The position numbers were made by a program, and so were the translations under genes. The notes beneath the pieces were generated by a model. It was not told the DNA's origin and searched no databases. It saw nothing but the letters and a program-made list of their open reading frames with translations. Shown piece after piece: positions 63,731 to 64,000 of a DNA stretch of 64,000 nt. How positions within the stretch are numbered: position 1 is the first letter of the stretch; each line of letters starts with the position of its first letter. Source of the stretch: Klebsormidium nitens (lineage: Eukaryota; Plantae; Klebsormidiophyceae); the NCBI GenBank assembly GCA_000708835.1, contig DF236984.1:1-64000 (forward strand), written 5' to 3'.

Positions 63731-64000
63731 CTGCGTTAAATCCAAAAACGAAATGCAGTGAGTCGAGGCCCAAAACAGTAGGAATGAAGATAAAAAGTGA
63801 CGTAAGGAAGCAGATTAACGCAGGCCCTGCATTCAAGTAATGCAAGCCAGTACCCCGGCGACAAAGGAACATTCGTCTTGCTTCAGCGGCAGGTTTCGGT
63901 AAGAAACGCCTTTGACGATGTATGCTTTTGCTCCAGTCACCGCGATCAGAATACTCCGATCAGAATGCGAAACGAAAGAAGAGCAAAACGTTAAAACGGC

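Overview
This is intron-rich eukaryotic nuclear DNA with GT-AG introns. The gene set and sequences suggest a charophyte green alga such as Klebsormidium; this is an inference, not database-checked. I reconstructed nine protein-coding genes by hand: a POB1/LRB-like BTB-BACK protein (+), a protein with four CxxC...DG...CxxC zinc-ribbon repeats (-), a bacterial-looking tandem alpha/beta-hydrolase (+), VPS51 (-), BUD32/TP53RK (+), an 18-exon CHASE-domain hybrid histidine kinase (+), a CYP71-clan-like P450 with an apparent +1 frameshift (-), an SLC25 mitochondrial carrier (+), and the 3' part of a cyclic-nucleotide-binding-domain gene (-). I found no supportable tRNA, rRNA or CRISPR array. The most striking unexplained structure recurs in at least five genes. 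Introns are partly built from decaying tandem copies ('echoes') of the neighbouring exon edge plus its splice site. These are most often spaced about 155-175 bp apart, sometimes about 80, 105-125 or 140 bp. Other points of interest are 14-, 23- and 34-nt micro-exons splitting the kinase HisKA domain, a 281-bp MITE-like inverted-repeat element, a GCCGAC motif cluster, and GC-rich hairpins in the spacers between convergent genes. Exon coordinates were read by eye and may be off by a few bases.
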